Of a stretch of DNA of 64,000 nucleotides, positions 28,136 to 43,205 are shown piece after piece. The number at the start of each line of letters is the position of its first letter. Within the stretch, counting starts at the first letter, position 1. Under the pieces are notes generated by a model. It was not told the origin of the DNA, did no database searches, and saw only the letters and a list, made by a program, of their open reading frames with translations. A program made the translations under genes and the position numbers. Source of the DNA: Octopus vulgaris (taxonomy: Eukaryota); NCBI GenBank assembly GCA_951406725.2, contig OX597816.1, positions 43,462,001 to 43,526,000 on the forward strand. The letters run 5' to 3'.

Positions 28136-28532
28136 ACGATATGCACATCGAAAAGTTCAAACCAAGTCGTAAATCGGAGAGAGCACGACAAAAATAACGA
28201 AACAGACCTATCAAATGTCAAATTAAAGAGGTCCACTCGTCCAGTAAAACAGCAAATAAATAAAAAGACGGGCGGTTATTTTGATGTGCGTTTTTATGAA
28301 CATACGCACAGCTGCGTAGGTTTCCTTTATGCTAAATATATGTCACCGTTTTCACGTGTTTACTCTTTATGTCTGTCAGGTTGCCGGCTTGTCCGACCTT
28401 CTCTCCTTACATTTCCTCCGATCAGTCAGTCTTTCTTTTCGTTTGGGTTTTATATCTTCCCTAAAGTCTTCCCACTTCCTCTTGTAATGTCTCTCTGTTT
28501 CTGCATCCATGTCACCCTCTCTTGCAGTTTGT

Positions 28533-28750
28533 TTACTCTTTTACTCTTTTACTTGTTTCAGTCATTTGACTGCGGCCATGCTGGAGCACCGCATTTAGTC
28601 GAGCAAATCGACCCCGGGACTTATTCTTTGTAAGCCCAGTACTTATTCTATCGGTCTGTTTTGCCGAACCGCTAAGTAACGGGGACGTAAACACACCAGC
28701 ATCGGTTGTCAAGCAATGCTAGGGGGACAAAGACAGACACACAAACATAT

Positions 28751-28791
<41 letters not shown>

Positions 28792-28962
28792 CATATATAC
28801 GACGGGCTTCTTTCAGTTTCCGTCTACCAAATCCAATCACAAGGCATTGGTCGGCCCGGGGCTATAGCAGAAGACACTTGCCCAAGATGCCACGCAGTGG
28901 GACTGAACCCGGAGCCATGTGGTTGGTAAACAAGCTACTTACCACACAGCCACTCCTGCGCC
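28533..28962 (-). mobile_element. Full-length young SINE family B
   Basis: Near-consensus copy with (GTAAAAGA)n tail and internal (TA)n(TG)n. Confidence 0.9.
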
Positions 28963-29039
28963 TCTCTCACTATAGTAAAATGTTGTATCACTATATTGTT
29001 ACAGTCCACATTTCTTACTTCACTCTTTCTTTCTTGCAA

Positions 29040-29450
29040 CATCATCATCATCATTTAACGTCCGCTTTCCATGCTAGCATGGGTTGGACGATTTGACTGA
29101 GGACTGGCGAACTAGATAGCTGCACCAGGCTCCAATCGTGATCTGGCAGAGTTTCTACGGTTGGATGCCTTTCCTAACGCCAACCACTCCGAGAGTGTAG
29201 TGGGTGCTTTTACGTGCAACTGGCACGAGGGCCAGTCAGGCGGTACTGGCAACGGCCACGCTCAAATGATGTTTTTTTTACGTACCACCTGCACAGGAGC
29301 TAGTCCGGCGACACTGGTAACGACCTCGCTCGAATGTTTTTTCACGTACCACCGGCACAAGTGCCAGAAATCGACGCTGGTAACGACCACGTTCGAATGG
29401 TGCTTGTTTACGGAAGCCAGTTAGCTGCTTTGGCAACGATCACGCTGGGA
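29040..29450 (-). mobile_element. Retroposon 3' part with (GAT)n tail and internal ~63 bp tandem repeats
   Basis: The minus strand ends GCATGGAAAGCGGACGTTAAATGATGATG and contains GGTTGGCGTTAGGAAAGGCATCC. About 3 diverged repeats ACGTACCACC..CTGGTAACGACC..CGAATG at 29210-29400. Confidence 0.65.
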
Positions 29451-30165
29451 TATATGCTGTTGTGCCTAGGGAGAGTCATTCTCTTTTAGTGCCTTATAAT
29501 TTTACACACACACCAGTAAAATTTCCACTCATTTACTTATTTACTTTTCTATCTGTCTTTCTACCAGTCTATCTTTCTGTCTGTCTATCTATTTCTATCT
29601 ATCTATCTGTCTATCTATCTTTCCATGTGGTGTGATGGTGCTGGGATGTGGGGGAGGCGAGAGTGAAGAAAGCAAGGGTGGGGTGTGTGTTAGGCTGAGG
29701 GTGGGGTATGTGGGTAAGTTGAGGGTGGGAGGTAGAGGTGGGTCATGTGGGAGTGGATGTAAGGGATGGGGCTGGGGTGGGTGGGACAGGGAAGGTGTGG
29801 TTGGATTGTGCGGGTGGGGTATGAATGTATGTATGTACGCATGTATATATATATATATATATTAAGGTATGTAGAAAAATACAACATGGACAAGAACGTA
29901 TAACTCATATATGTATGTATGCATGTATGTATGTATGTATGTATGTATGTATGTATGTATGTATGTATGTATGTATGTATGTATGTATAAACTCGACAGG
30001 TTTTATTCAGTTTCCAAAGCCACTAATCATTAAAGTTGGCCCAGGGTCCATAGTATAACAGACTTGACCAAGGTGTAACGCACTGAAAAAAAAAAAAAAA
30101 CAAAAACAAAAAAAAACTACTTCAATACTTTGGAGTAGAGTGTATATATTTTCTAAACTATTTAC

Positions 30166-30308
30166 AAATTTTTCAAGGAGGTGCCCTAGCATGGCCGCCG
30201 TCTAATGACTGAAACATGCAAAAGAATGTGCGTGTGTGTGTGTGTTATTACAGTAACGTAACAGTGGAGAGAATTAGTACAGAGATAGTACAGTAAACAC
30301 CCTGGTGG

Positions 30309-30364
<56 letters not shown>

Positions 30365-30553
30365 GTCATAATACTGAAATGTGAAGAGGAGAAAATACGA
30401 AATAGCGGTGATATGAAAACTCCAGAAAACGTTATACTGGCTAGCAGGCTGTAACTTCGAAGTCACTGTAATAACACACACACACACGCACATTCTTTTG
30501 CATGTTTCAGTCATTAGACGGCGGCCATGCTAGGGCACCTCCTTGAAAAATTT
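30166..30553. repeat. Perfect 89-bp inverted repeat (arms 30166-30254 and 30465-30553)
   Basis: The arms are exact reverse complements, including the (TG) count; each is a SINE B tail plus flank. Confidence 0.92.
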
Positions 30554-30578
30554 TAGTCGAATGAATCAATTCCAGTTA

Positions 30579-30652
<74 letters not shown>

Positions 30653-30655
<3 letters not shown>

Positions 30656-30793
30656 GGTTGTCCCAAAAGTTCGTAAACACTTACGAAAATTGAATTTTTA
30701 CTCGCCAAGTACTAACAAAAACAACAAAAATTATTCCTCAAAATAAAGACCATTATTTTCCAAGACTTTCTACGAACTTTTGGGACAACCTTA
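30653..30793. mobile_element. Mariner-type MITE inside an (ATT)n array
   Basis: 21-bp perfect TIR AGGTTGTCCCAAAAGTTCGTA / TACGAACTTTTGGGACAACCT, flanked by TA. Confidence 0.85.
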
Positions 30794-30827
<34 letters not shown>

Positions 30828-30944
30828 TCAGTTTCTTCATGCCTGGTACTATACTGTTCTCTCTTGACGAACCGCTAAGTTATGGGGACACATACGCAGC
30901 AGCACCAGTTGTCAAGGGGATATAGACTGACAGATAAATGAATG

Positions 30945-31012
30945 GGCACAGACAAATTGACAGATTGACAGACAGACAGACAGCGGACAGACAGATAGGC
31001 AGACAGATAGAC

Positions 31013-31052
<40 letters not shown>

Positions 31053-31582
31053 GGATAGACATAGACAGACAAACTGGTAGATGGATGGATAGACACAGAC
31101 AGACAGATAGATAGATAGATTTACACAGACAGACAGCCTGATAGATGGATGGATAGACAGACAGACAGACAGATAGATAGATAGATAGATAGATAGATTT
31201 ACACAGACAGACAGACTGATAGATGGATGGATAGACAGACAGACAGATAGATGGATGGATAGACACAGACAGACTGACTGATAGATGGATGGATAGATAC
31301 AGACTGATAGATGGATGGATAGACACAGACAGATAGATGGATGGATAGACACAGACAGATAGATGGATGGATAGACACAGACAGATAGATGGATGGATAG
31401 ACACAGATGGACAGATAGATGGATGGATACAGACAGACTGACAGATGGATGGATAGACAGACAGACAGATAGATGGATGGATAGACACAGACTGATAGAT
31501 GGATGGATAGACACAGATTGATAGATGGATGGATAGACACAGACAGACAGATAGATGGATGGATACAGACAGACAGACAGAC

Positions 31583-31649
<67 letters not shown>

Positions 31650-31650
31650 C
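30945..31650. repeat. Compound (GATA/GGAT/GACA)n array with higher-order ~22-26 bp periodicity
   Basis: Recurrent GATAGATGGATGGATAGACACAGACA units, ending in pure (GATA)n. Confidence 0.9.
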
Positions 31651-33544
31651 CGGCAGAGAAATCTATTCATTGTTAGCTCGGAAATGTAAGGAGTGAGAGT
31701 AAAACAGGCAGGCTGTTGCGGCAATTGACATCACATGGAATGACAAAGATGGTATATATAACAAAAGAGTGGTGGGGAAGTATAATGACGCTTGAAATAT
31801 CACCAGGAAAAGTTGCATAGTGTCTGTATGACCTCGAATATTAAGAATCAACCACAAACATATAGGCCAATGTCTTTAGACCATTTCATCCCCCGCCCGC
31901 CCGCCCTTTCTCATCCTTTACCATTTCACCATTCCGATCTCCACCCACATGTCATAAAAAAGTACTCTTGCGTAGAACAGAATTTATTGTATAAACAACA
32001 TTATAGCTGCTTTGTATTAATTTAATATTAACATCCTTAAAATCAACATTAATGAAAACATGTCTTGTAAAAACATAATGTGAATAACGATAAAGAATTG
32101 TTTAATCTAAAAACAATTTCCTCGGTGGAGTTCCGAAATTTATCCTTCAGGGGAAATTTTTTTTTTTTTCTCTCTTATTAATTAAGAATCGCAGATATAG
32201 ACAACAAGAATAGGAACGGTAGTAACATCAACTATTACAATAACAAGAGTGATGAGAAATGTTGAACATATATAAACTAATGCTTGAAAACAAGCAAAAC
32301 AATGAAGCAACGAAGTAACTGCGAATTAATGAAAAAGCTTCGAAGTGGTTACGTTATCTGCTAGAAATAGCAGTCAAATCTCCCTTAACTTACAAGCTGC
32401 TATCCTGACGGGAAACAACAACAACAACAAGAAACGGTTGAGTGGGGGGAGATTTAACACGTGTCTTATGTTATAATCCCAGACAAGCAAGCAATTCCCG
32501 AGAGAAAAATGAACGGAAATGGGGTTCATAGCTGGAAGGCCTTTGGTCGTAAGTTCTGGTCTCTGCTTGATCAATGGTAACTAAGAATTAAAGAACAGAA
32601 ATCAGGAACAAAAATATTAGAATCAGCAACAGGGAGCCGACGTGGGGAGACTAAATATGTGGTCGTTTGGATATTCGATAGAATAGCCGCAAAGTTCCCC
32701 TACCAAATTGTACCCGAAGATCCTTTCTTAATTTTTTTTCTCTGCAAAAAAAAAAAAAAAGATATATTTGATAATGTAACTATAGAATACACCGATGGCA
32801 TTGTCGTGACTGGAACGCTTTTTTTTTTCAAACGCAAAATTTCGGATTAGGCACTTTAATATATTCCATGTGAAAGGAAAAGGTTAGTTTTTTTTGTTTC
32901 TTTTTTTTTTTTTCATTTCTATTTAAACTTTTTCCTCTGTTTCATCCTACGAGAAAATCTGTTTTTAAACTTTCATTTTTTTGCTTTTGTTTTATATATA
33001 TATATACTTATTTTCTAAAACATTTTTTGCACTCCCCTACATCCTGTAACCTTTTCCCTTCCCATGAAAGGTAACGGGGGGGGGGGGGTGTCTAAAACAC
33101 GAAACATGCCCGCTTTTCTTTATATAAGGTCTGCTCGATCAGAAGCTGTCCTGATATTAAAACAGCATCAATGAACCAATAACATTTAGAAACAAGTCAC
33201 AACAATTCTACCGACAACAACAACAACAACTACAACAAAACCAACAGATCCAACGAGGGCCTCCACCTCCAGTCACTCCAATTGGTAGATAACAAAAAAA
33301 AAAAAAAAGAACCACATCCCATTTAAATCACACCCTACCGTCTTAAAAAAGAACACTGGATAATCGTAATCCGGGCTACAAAATCTCACAATCAGTGCTT
33401 CTAATCAACAATAGCAAAACAAGGATTCATTCTAAGCAGCTGCCTGAGGTGCTAGACATAGCAGCAATGAGCAGCCACACCTTACCGTCTTAAATTAGGC
33501 AGGTCACAGCGGATATAATTTGTAATCCTAGACATAAAATAACA

Positions 33545-33920
33545 GGCGCAGGAGTGGGCTGTGTGGTAAGTAGCTTGCTAACCAACCACATGGTTCCGGG
33601 TTCAGTCCCACTGCGTGGCATCTTGGGCAAGTGTCTTCTGCTATAGACCCGGGCCGACCAATGCCTTGTGAGTGGATTTGGTAGACGGAAACTGAAAGAA
33701 GCCTGTCGTATATATGTATGTGTGTGTGTTTGTTTGTCTGTGTTTGTTCCCCTTGACAACCGTGTGTGTTTGCGTCCCCGTTTGGCTAAAAGAGACCGAT
33801 AGAATAAGTACTGGACTTAAAAAAAAGAATAAATCCCAGGGTCGAGTTGCTCGACTAAAGGCGGTGCTCCAGCATGACCGCAGTCAAATGACTGAAACAA
33901 GTAAAAGAGTAAAAGAGAGT
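33545..33920 (+). mobile_element. SINE family B copy
   Basis: GGCGCAGGAGTGGGCTGTGTGG head to GTAAAAGAG tail. Confidence 0.9.
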
Positions 33921-34144
33921 CCGAAAACAACACGGGATCATAAAGTCGACTGGATCAGGACCAACCTGGGGCTAAACAACGAAAGTGGGAGAGAGAAGAA
34001 AAAAAAGTTATATAGAAGACAACAACAAAAATATCCCCCGCTGTCAGCCTTCGACGTCACCATCGCCATATGCAAGTTTGCTAACATCAACACGAAGAGT
34101 AACACCCAAATGTATCCTCTGTGAAAACTCTCGTTTAAGCCAAT

Positions 34145-34221
34145 ACAAGCAGTAGCAGCAGCCGCTAGTAGTAGTAGTAGTAGTGGTAGTAGTCATAGCA
34201 GCAGCAGCAGCAGCAGCAGTA

Positions 34222-34252
<31 letters not shown>

Positions 34253-34664
34253 GTGGTGTAAATGGGAGGGATGTGTTGCTGCTGCTGCTGATAGCGGTGG
34301 TGATAATGATGTCGATGATAATGGTGGTGGTGATGCTGATGATGATGGTGTGGTGGAGCGAAGAAGCATATCGTTTCTTTTAACGCTGGCGCTGGCGAGG
34401 GTTATGGTGATGGTGATGGTGATGCTGATGCTGATGCTGCTGCTGATGAGGAAAATGGTGGTGATGGGGGGTTGTTAATGGTAATAATGATGGTGGTGAT
34501 TGATAAAGATAGTTATGTGGATGGTGGTTGTGGTGGTGGTAGTGGTGGTGGTGGCGGCGGTAATGATAGTGATCACTGCAACGGTGATGGTGATGGTGAT
34601 GGTGGTAGAGGCAAGCAGAGATGAAGGAGAAGGATATCGTAGCTGATGATAGTAATGCTAATGC

Positions 34665-34696
<32 letters not shown>

Positions 34697-36620
34697 ATGG
34701 TAATAATACGGCAGTAGAAAGAATATCATTGTTTCTACTGTTGGCCAGTAAAGCTGATGATGGTAGAGATATGGGGATGCAGGCTGACTGACTAATTGGT
34801 TCAGATGTTCTATTTTTCCAATCTCAAGGTCTCGGGTTCGATCCTACTTCAAGACATCTTAGGAAAGTTTTTGTTTTTTTTTAATTATTATTATTATTTT
34901 GTCATAGCCTCGGATTAATTTCAGGCAGGCAGGTGAGAGAAATTGGGTGTACGGAAACTTCGTTGAAGCCTTTCCGTCTGATTATATATATCTCCTAATT
35001 TCAACGGTTCGACCTCGACAGACAGAATGTCTCGCTGGTTCTACTTGGAAAAAAAAAAAAAAACGGTAAAGGTACATGTCTGTGGAATAATATTCTTTCC
35101 TTCTTTTGGCACAAGGCCAGCAATTTTGAGGGCCGGGGAAGTCGATTATATCACCCTCCAGTGTTTTTAACTGGTACTTATTTTATCGACTCCGAAAGGA
35201 TGAAAAGCGAAAGTCGACCTCGGCAATATTCTGAGGAATATTAGAACCACTTTTCAGAGACTATAATATGTTACACATTGTACCAGTAATTAAAAAGGAG
35301 TCGACTACGTCGAACCTTGCGTCTCATTCTTTCAACGAGAAAATTATTGATACAGGGCACATACGTCCGAAATTATATTCAGTCACATACAAGTAGCTAC
35401 GAGAGTTGATCGTATAACTGAATGCTCATCGTCGAAATCGACGGTGGATCCACTGATGATAATAATAACAATGGTGGTGATGGTGGTGGTGGTGGTGGTA
35501 GTGGAGCTCCTGGTAGTGTTGATGGTGATGGTTAAGTGGTGACGGAGGCAAAGAATATCATGTCAGTAATGTTGGTGGCTAAGGTGATGGATGGTTATGT
35601 TGATGGCGGAGACGGTGTATGACGTTGACAGAGACAGTGGAAATACTGTCAGCAGTCGGGGAAGGGGGGGGGGCATTTCCTCTGTGGTGGCCGTGGCGGT
35701 GGAGGCGGTAATGGTGACGGTGGTGGTGGTGGTAGTGGTGAACGATTCGAGAACGATTCTGGTGATGATAGGAACAGCAGCGGAGATTTCGTTGCCTGTA
35801 CTTTGCTGTTGATGTTTCTGCTGGCGGTGACCGTGGTGCTGGCGGTGACCGTGGTGCTGGCGGTGACCGTGGTGCTGGCGGTGACGGCAACGGCAACGAT
35901 TGCTGATCATGGTTGGTGGTGGTGATGATGCTGATGATGATGGTTGGTCAAAAAAAGGTTTAGATTTTATTGCTGGAGGTGGTGGTGGTGGTGGTAGAGA
36001 AGAAATAGTGCCGGTGTTGTTTGTCTTTTTTGTCCAACCACCAACCCCCAGCACCATCTGAAAAGTCACCCTACAAAGTCAGCCTTCATCGAATAGGCCT
36101 GTTTCAAAAGCGTTTTGAAGTGTGGCCATCGTAACCATCCGTTTTTTTTTATTATTTTGTTTTTTGTTTCTTTTTTTTTTTCTTGTTTCCATCTTTTTGC
36201 ACAGCTAGGAGACTCTGTGATTGTACATGTTTTCCTAAAACACGATGTTTAATTTAAAGGAGATTTAGCTACTATTTCTAGCAGCAGATCGAGCTACTGT
36301 GTGTAGAGCTGATTGATAGTAAGCAGCAACTGAAACGTTCGTTAATGAAGATTCTCATGATGATGATGATGATGATGATAATGAAGGGGAGGGCAATAGT
36401 GGATTATTTATGGAGAGTTTTGCCGCCACTGATTGGCGGCTGCGGTGCTGGTGGTGGAGATTTCGATACCGGTGATGTGATGATGAAATAGGTGGTGATG
36501 GTGGTGGTCGGAGGATGAGGTAATGTAGTTGTAATAGTAGTAGTGGTGGTGGTGATTTTGATTGCGCTGACGGTAACGTTGGTTCGAATGTCAGCGATGA
36601 ATGACAATTAGTAATTAAAT
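34145..36620. repeat. Degenerate trinucleotide tracts (GGT/GAT/GCT/GTA)n, including an 18-bp x3 repeat at ~35821-35885
   Basis: Low-complexity triplet runs; CTGGCGGTGACCGTGGTG repeated three times. Confidence 0.8.
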
Positions 36621-36770
36621 AAAAGCTTGCAGTAGCTCTCGTGTTTACTAAAGATGACAAGCTTCTCTTGTTCGAGCAAAGAAAAGCTCTGAAACTGAAC
36701 AGTTAGGCCAATGACTAAAACTGTTCCATTTGTGACCATCCCGTCTTTGTAGAAATGTTTTTACATTTAC

Positions 36771-36806
<36 letters not shown>

Positions 36807-36814
36807 TATATACT

Positions 36815-37061
36815 CTCTTATACTCTCTTTTATTTGTTTCAGTCATTTGACTGCGGCTATGCTGAAGCACCGCATTTAGTCGAGCAAATCGACCCCCAGG
36901 ACTTATTCTTTGTAAGCCTAGTACTTATTCTATCGGCCTCTTTTTCCAAACCGCTAAGTGACGGGGACGTAAGCACACCACCATCGGTTGTCAAGCGATG
37001 TTGGGGGACAAACACAGACACAAACATATACGCACACATAGATACATATACATATATACAT

Positions 37062-37128
<67 letters not shown>

Positions 37129-37287
37129 TAGATAGATAGATAGATACGACAGGCTTCTTTCAGTTTCTGTCTACCAAATCCACTCACAAGGCTTTGGTCG
37201 GCCCGAGGCTATAGTAGAAGACACTTGCCCAAGGTGCCACGCAGTGGGAATGAACCCGGAACCATGTGGTTGGTAAGCAAGCAACTT
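36815..37287 (-). mobile_element. Full-length SINE family B
   Basis: Near-consensus copy with internal (TCTA)n(TA)n. Confidence 0.9.
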
Positions 37288-38053
37288 ACCACACAGCCAC
37301 TCCTGCACCATATATACATACATACATGCATACATACATACTTGTATATACACACATACATATCCATGTTTTGTTGTTTTTGGTATTATTTATATATGAA
37401 ATGCGTTGACAAACAAACAGAAAGCACACAGAATGGCAAATTGAAAAACATAGTAAATGCTCAAAGAAAACAGAAACCGAAGGTTCCCCCATTCTTGGGA
37501 CTCCTCATCAGTGGTCGGCCAGAGGGCCAAACGCAATTTCGTGCGTTTATATAACGCTTCTTTATGCAACGTGTCCGATTTGGCTGCTATTTCATCCACA
37601 GCGAATACTCACGTTTATATCGGAGATATTGTACTATTTCGCCGTGGGTCAGCCCTGATTAAGTGCACAGCCCTTGTAATGAGAAAAACCATTTCCTTCC
37701 ATAACTATCCATCCATGTTGATGTTGAAGTTGCAGATGTTTTTTTTTATATCAAAGAATGCCTTCTCGTTTTCATTGTCCCCCGTCTCGTTCTATCAAAA
37801 TAAGTAAATAAAGATTTGGTTGTTATTTCTAGGAGGACGAGCAGCTACTTAAATGCTCCCTTGCTGGCTGGCTGGGGTTTATATCATTTATACCGTGGTT
37901 GCTGTAGCAGCAATTATTAGTGGAGGAGGAGGAGGAGGAGAAGAAAGAGGTGTGGGAACTGAGAGGGTTGGGAAGAGATAGAATTAGTGAATGAGAAAGA
38001 CAAGGAAAGAAAGAGAAAAGGAAATAATACCAAAACAACCAAAATATTGAATA

Positions 38054-38086
<33 letters not shown>

Positions 38087-38611
38087 ATGTATGTATGTAT
38101 GTATGTATGTATGTATGTATATATGTATTATTCATCTCCAGGCCAGTGTTAATTGAGCGGACCCTATGATCAAAGGCATTCCAGCCATGACTATCCCATC
38201 TGTTTTTGTTTTGGTGGAGGGCATGGAACTTAAATGAAATGGAACTTAATGAAAGAGTCCCTCGCTTTAAACAATGTAGAGAATGGGTTGTGTAAAATTT
38301 GGCTGCTATTTCTAGCAGGTTGAGATTAGAGGCAATTCTCCTTAGTCCAGTATGTGTGTGAGGTGTATGGGAGATTTTTTTTTGTTTTTAGTAAATGTTA
38401 TTGTGTTATTCTTGGACCCCAGGTTAGCTTCTACTGAGAATGCCTATGGTATTTCTAAGCTAGGTTTTTTTAAGGTTTGCAGGGTGAAATGTAATTTAGA
38501 GGGGGATTTGACAGTTATCTTTCGCAGGTTTTAGTGACCACGTAGCGCGGTTTCCTCGCTGGTTTAGTGGTTCGTGTTTGTGTACGAGTATGGTGGTCAG
38601 GCATGCAGGCT

Positions 38612-38678
<67 letters not shown>

Positions 38679-38822
38679 AAGAAATAGATAAATAATATTG
38701 CAGAGCTAGAGAGAAAGAGAGGAAGAAGAAGTGAAAGGTGAACGAAAGGTGCATACATACATACATACATACATACACAGACAAACACACACACACAGGT
38801 GCGCGCGTACACATACACACAC

Positions 38823-38873
<51 letters not shown>

Positions 38874-39089
38874 TATTTGAAGAGAGAAAGGAGGAGAGTT
38901 TTATGATAGAGAGAAAGCTGCGTAAAACGAAAGAGACTGATCGATAAAGGGAAGGATGCGAAAGAGCATCAATGACATATGCTGAGAAATGAAAGAGTGA
39001 TGGCGAAGAAGAAAAAAGAAATAGAGAGAGGGGGAAGAGGGAAAGACTCAAGAGAAAAGAGAAGTAATAGAAAACGACGGAGAGAAAGA

Positions 39090-39586
<497 letters not shown>

Positions 39587-40867
39587 GGTTACAGCACAAA
39601 TGTACGCACAGAAATTTTAGTATGTATACGTTATGGTACGTTTGTACGCGTGTAAAGAGAAACAGTGAAAAATGAGGTTGATAGAGCGAGCAGAGAAACA
39701 ACGAGAGAGAGAGAGAAGGGGAGGGAGGGACGGAGTGAGAGAGAGAGAGAGCAGAGAGGATAAGGAAGAGGTGGAGGGAGGGGGAAGGATCAGTGAGGGT
39801 GGTGTGGATAACAAAACGAGAAACTTTTACAAACGTCTTCGTTCAGAATGGAGTTACCGTTTCTTCTCCCGAGAATGTATACACAATAACATTGCGATAA
39901 GAGTGTGTGGTGGTGTATATATACATATACTATTATATATAATATATATATATATATATATAATTATATAGAATTATATACATACACACACACACATACA
40001 CACACACAGATACATATTACAGCTGGGAGCGTGTGTGTTGTGTGTGCGTGTGCGTGTGTATATATATTCATACATACATGAGTGTTTATCGCTTTGTATA
40101 TATACGTATATATACATACACACATTTGAAAAAAAAAACAAAACACATATCAAAACAATGTAAGTACCCGACTTCAATAATAATAATAATGATGATGATG
40201 ATGATGATGATAATGATGATAATGTTGATGTTGTTGTTGGTGGTGTTGACGATGTCGGCGACGATGAATATAATGCGATGACAATTAAGTTGATGCTGAT
40301 TTACTGATGAGGATGTTTATGATGATGTGAAGTGAAATGAAACTGATTGTTAGATGATGGTGATGGTGATGGTGATGGTAATGGTGGTGGTGGTGGTGTT
40401 GAGAAGTAACGGTTAGAATTGATCGTAGTTTATTTATTTCTGAGTATTTAGCTGCTATTTCTAGCAAGTCTCATAACCTCGCCATAGACAGGGTTGCGTT
40501 TAACGAATAATAGAATTGAATTATTACCTGAGTATATTGAACTTAAATGGATTAGCCCCCACCCAAAGTCGATGCTTGGTATACCCTCCACCTCTTCCGT
40601 CTTCTCATCATATTGTTTTTCAAGTTTTCTTACACTTTTCCATCATGTTTATCATATATGTATTTAAAAAAAATTTTTGTTGTGTGTGTATAGTAACTAA
40701 GATACTCATAATACAAGGTATATCTGAATTCATCTAATCGTGCTAGCTTCAGTTAGTGAGAGTGCTCTATAACTAGTTAGTTAGACGTTTGTTGGTTGGT
40801 TGGTTGGGTTGGTGGTGGCTATAACCAATCTATAACCAATATGAAATAAAACAAACAAACAGTAATA

Positions 40868-41292
40868 GGCGCAGGAGTGGCTGTGTGGTAAGTAGTAAGT
40901 AGCTTGTTAATCAAACACTTGGTTCCGGGTTCAGTCCCACCGCGTGGAACTTTGTGCAAGTGTCTTCTTCTACCATAGCCTCAGGCCGACCAAAGCCTTG
41001 TGAGTGGATTTGGTAAACGGAAACTGAAAGAAGCCCGTCGTGTATATACATGTGTGTGTGTGTGTGTGTTTCTGTATTTTTTACCCCTATCATCACTTGA
41101 CAACCGATGCTGGTGTACTTACGTCCCCGTAACTTACTGGCTCAACAAAGAGACCGATAGAACAAGTACTAGGCTTACAAAGAATAAGTCGTGCGGTCGA
41201 TTTGTTCGAATAAAGGCGGTGCTCCAGCAAGGCCGCAGTCAAATGGTGTAAGGTGAATGCCTGAACGAGTAACCGTGTATGCATGTGCCTAC

Positions 41293-41351
<59 letters not shown>

Positions 41352-41430
41352 TATATATATGCGTGTGTGAGTGTTCGACTAAAGGCGGTGCTCCAGCATG
41401 GCCGTAGTCAAATGACTGAAACAAGTAAAT
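40868..41430 (+). mobile_element. SINE family B with a directly duplicated 3' tail segment
   Basis: TGTTCGA.TAAAGGCGGTGCTCCAGCA.GGCCG.AGTCAAATG occurs at about 41202 and 41372, separated by (TA)n. Confidence 0.75.
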
Positions 41431-41442
41431 TTTCGTTGCTTG

Positions 41443-41495
<53 letters not shown>

Positions 41496-41699
41496 GCCTT
41501 CAAATTTATCCAAAGGGAATTTAAATTAATAATTACACACCGTTATTTATAGCTGTATATGCTTCGAGTTTCACCGCTCCACTTAATTATTACACTCGCA
41601 CACACTCTTAATATATGCTCTCCTTACTTCCTTCTTGTATTTCATCTCTCATTTTCGTTTATATATTTTCTTTCCTGACTCTTTGTGTTTGTCTATTTG

Positions 41700-41755
<56 letters not shown>

Positions 41756-42152
41756 AACACACACAGTATATGTTTTTTCAGTTTCCTTTTCCGTTCCTTG
41801 CATTTAATGAAAAATATACTATTTTCTCCAACCCCCCCCCCCAACTTTTTTTGTTGTTGTTGTATTGTTTTCATAACTTTTCTCTCACCCTTCACTTCCT
41901 GCCCGTAATATTTTTGCTTATATTTTAGATATTCTGTTCCACATTTCTTTCTCTTCATTCATTTCTCCAGCCACTTATCTCGCTATCAACAATCAAAATT
42001 GCCAGGGAGATACTTTTCGTAGTCTCTCTCCCGTAATCTCTCTCCCTCGCAACATGCTCGAAATAACAGCTTTATATCCCTTACAAATTTACACGCAGAG
42101 CACTCAGCGTAAAAGTGTTCGTAAATAGAAAGAATGTGTTTGTTAGTATTAA

Positions 42153-42183
<31 letters not shown>

Positions 42184-42413
42184 TGAAGCGGTATGGTTAC
42201 AACCGAAATACCTTTTGATCGTTAATCTACTTGATAAGAGGTGACTTGGGGGCTAAACAAGAACAACATTAATAACGACAACAACAACAACACTTTTGCC
42301 GGTCTGCGCAAAGTGATGTTCTCAGACCAGATGTTGTCTGTCTGTACACAAGTTCCATCTTCTGCTACAGTCCGTTGTCGTTGTCCGAATAACTTCTGTC
42401 TGTCTCTGTCTCT

Positions 42414-42465
<52 letters not shown>

Positions 42466-43035
42466 ATAACGGAATACGCAAAAGCATTATTGAAACTGTA
42501 ATTTGTCTGCAACAGTAGCAACAATAACATTGTTTATCAGTTACTACAACCCACGGCTATTATAAGTCATCATAGTAAGGCATCGCTATTGTTATATTAG
42601 TGGAGAAGAAAGGTAAAGTCTCTCTCTCTTTCTTTCTCTCTCTCTTACATATAATCTACACCCCACCCCACCCTGTAAACCCTCTCACACACTCTCTTTC
42701 TCTAACCCCCCCCCCCACACACACACACATGCACAAACGTACTGTGAGTTTGGTTCGAACACACACGAGTATCTTAGGAACAAATGCACATGCGAAATTA
42801 GAGGACTTTGAGTAACTCCTAGACAGTTTTCAGCTCCTGAAATTACGTGTTTGCGCGTGTGCGTGCGCGTATATATATGTGTATGTATGTGTGTATATGT
42901 GTATGTGTATATATGTGTGTATATATGTCTGTATGTATGTGTGTATGTATGTGTATATATGTGTGTGTGCGTGTATGTATGTGTATATATGTGTGTGTGC
43001 ATGTATATATATATACATATATTTATACGTGCATG

Positions 43036-43068
<33 letters not shown>

Positions 43069-43164
43069 ATGTATATAAATATATATATATCGTCCAATAA
43101 TACTATATTTGTTCCACGTCCACGCGTTGTGATTTTTTTTGTGTTTTCTTATTTGGATTAACTT

Positions 43165-43205
<41 letters not shown>

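Noticed and set aside
28716-29096. Recurrent peptide [28 protein letters not shown] in many ORFs
   Set aside because: Antisense translation of the SINE B head, not a gene family.
29630-29822. G-rich tract with G-quadruplex potential
   Set aside because: Low-complexity (GGGT/GT) decay with no supporting context for function.
35563-36069. 168-aa Pro/His/Thr-rich ORF with RQHHGH repeats
   Set aside because: Derived from degenerate trinucleotide tracts and an 18-bp tandem repeat. No domain or convincing splice context; a small exon cannot be fully excluded without RNA data.
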